Assembly (NCBI GenBank): GCA_013239625.1
Contig: MU055657.1
Span: forward strand, 8,045,523-8,109,522
Direction: 5' to 3'
Length of the DNA stretch: 64,000 bases
Origin: Lama guanicoe
Lineage: Eukaryota
The notes under the pieces were generated by a model. That model had not been told where the DNA came from. It saw only the letters and a program-made list of their open reading frames with translations, and made no database searches. Position 1 is the stretch's first letter. The number at the start of each line of letters is the position of its first letter. The position numbers and the translations under genes are program-made. Below are positions 63,034 through 64,000 of this stretch, one piece after another.

Positions 63034-63525
63034 GGATTTTTAAATTTTTTTATTGAAGTGCAGTCAATTGCAATGTGTCCATTACTGGTGTACAACACAA
63101 TGTCCCATTCATGCATATACATACATATATTCATTTTCATATTCTTTTCCATTAAAGGTTATTACAAGATATTGAACATAGTTCCCTGTGCTATACATAA
63201 GAAACATTTTTTAAATCTATTTTTACATATAGTGGCTGTGGTATATTTATATAATAGAATACTACTCAACCATAAAAAAGAGTAAAATAATGCCATTTGC
63301 AGCAATATGAATGGACGTGGAGATTGTCATTCTAAGTGAAGTAAGCCAGAAAGAAAGAAAAATACCATATGGTATCACTTACATGTGGAATCTTAAAAAA
63401 AAGAAAAAGAGAGAGAGAGAGAGAAATGATACTATGAACTCATCTACAAAACAGAAGCAGACTCACAGACATAGGAAACAGTCTTATAGTTACTGGGGAA
63501 AGGGGGTAGAAATGGATAAATGTGG
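63034..63525 (-). mobile_element. L1 with 5' inversion (3' end antisense ~63034-63237, inverted segment sense ~63238-63525)
   Basis: TSD CAGATTGGCAG at 63023-63033 and 63526-63536 encloses both oppositely oriented L1 pieces. Confidence 0.92.
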
Positions 63526-64000
63526 CAGATTGGCAGTTTAATAAATGTTTTGGTGGCTAAACCTGTCCTCAATATCTGAAGTGAATAATTTAATAGAATA
63601 ACATCACTCAATTGTGGATTAGCATGCAATGGAATTATTTTACATTAACAGAATTGTTTATAATAATATTACAAATGAAAATACAAACTGATAGACTGGT
63701 GGTAGCACGCTTTTAATTAGGCAGGAGGATTTGAGAAAACAGCCAGTATTCAGTGGGTATATATATTCAGATAATATATATTTAAATACTTGAATCTAAA
63801 ACAATATTACCAATATGACATTGGATGTTTTAAAGTATTTTGTGACAAGCAAATATTAAGGGCATAATGATTGGACCTCTTTCTAAAGAAACTTTACCAA
63901 AGGATAGGCCACCCCTCCTAATTCTGCTTGCTAGAGATCTTTTATTTTGAAGTACGGATCTGGAATTGTACTTAGCTTTTTCCATGTATTGTTTACGACA

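Noticed and set aside
1..64000. CRISPR arrays, operons, CpG-island promoter, full-length L1 or ERV internal genes
   Set aside because: I saw no regularly spaced repeat-spacer array, CpG island, long ORF or gag/pol/env sequence. The DNA is mammalian non-coding.

Overview
This is AT-rich, CpG-depleted placental-mammal genomic DNA, very probably from a camelid (alpaca, llama or camel). The species inference rests on five copies of a tRNA-derived SINE matching my recollection of the camelid Vic-1 family, and on cetartiodactyl-type L1 3' ends. I recognise no protein-coding gene, true tRNA/rRNA or CRISPR array, so the window reads as intergenic DNA or part of a large intron. Much of it is interspersed repeat: L1s of several ages (many with visible target-site duplications, TSDs), L2, MIR, MaLR/ERVL/ERV1 solo LTRs, hAT and Tc1/mariner MITEs, and microsatellites. 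The most interesting observations are: (i) two L1s inserted one after the other at the same site and truncated at almost the same base; (ii) two 5'-inverted (twin-primed) L1s; (iii) a CR1-like ORF2 fossil and an isolated RTE-like endonuclease motif (ALFILGDFNARID) in unique-looking DNA; (iv) a cluster of frame-compatible candidate exons at 47.4-48.7 kb; and (v) several motif-dense, repeat-free blocks that may be conserved enhancers. I found no convincing novel biological system. Repeat family names come from recalled consensus sequences, and most boundaries are approximate.
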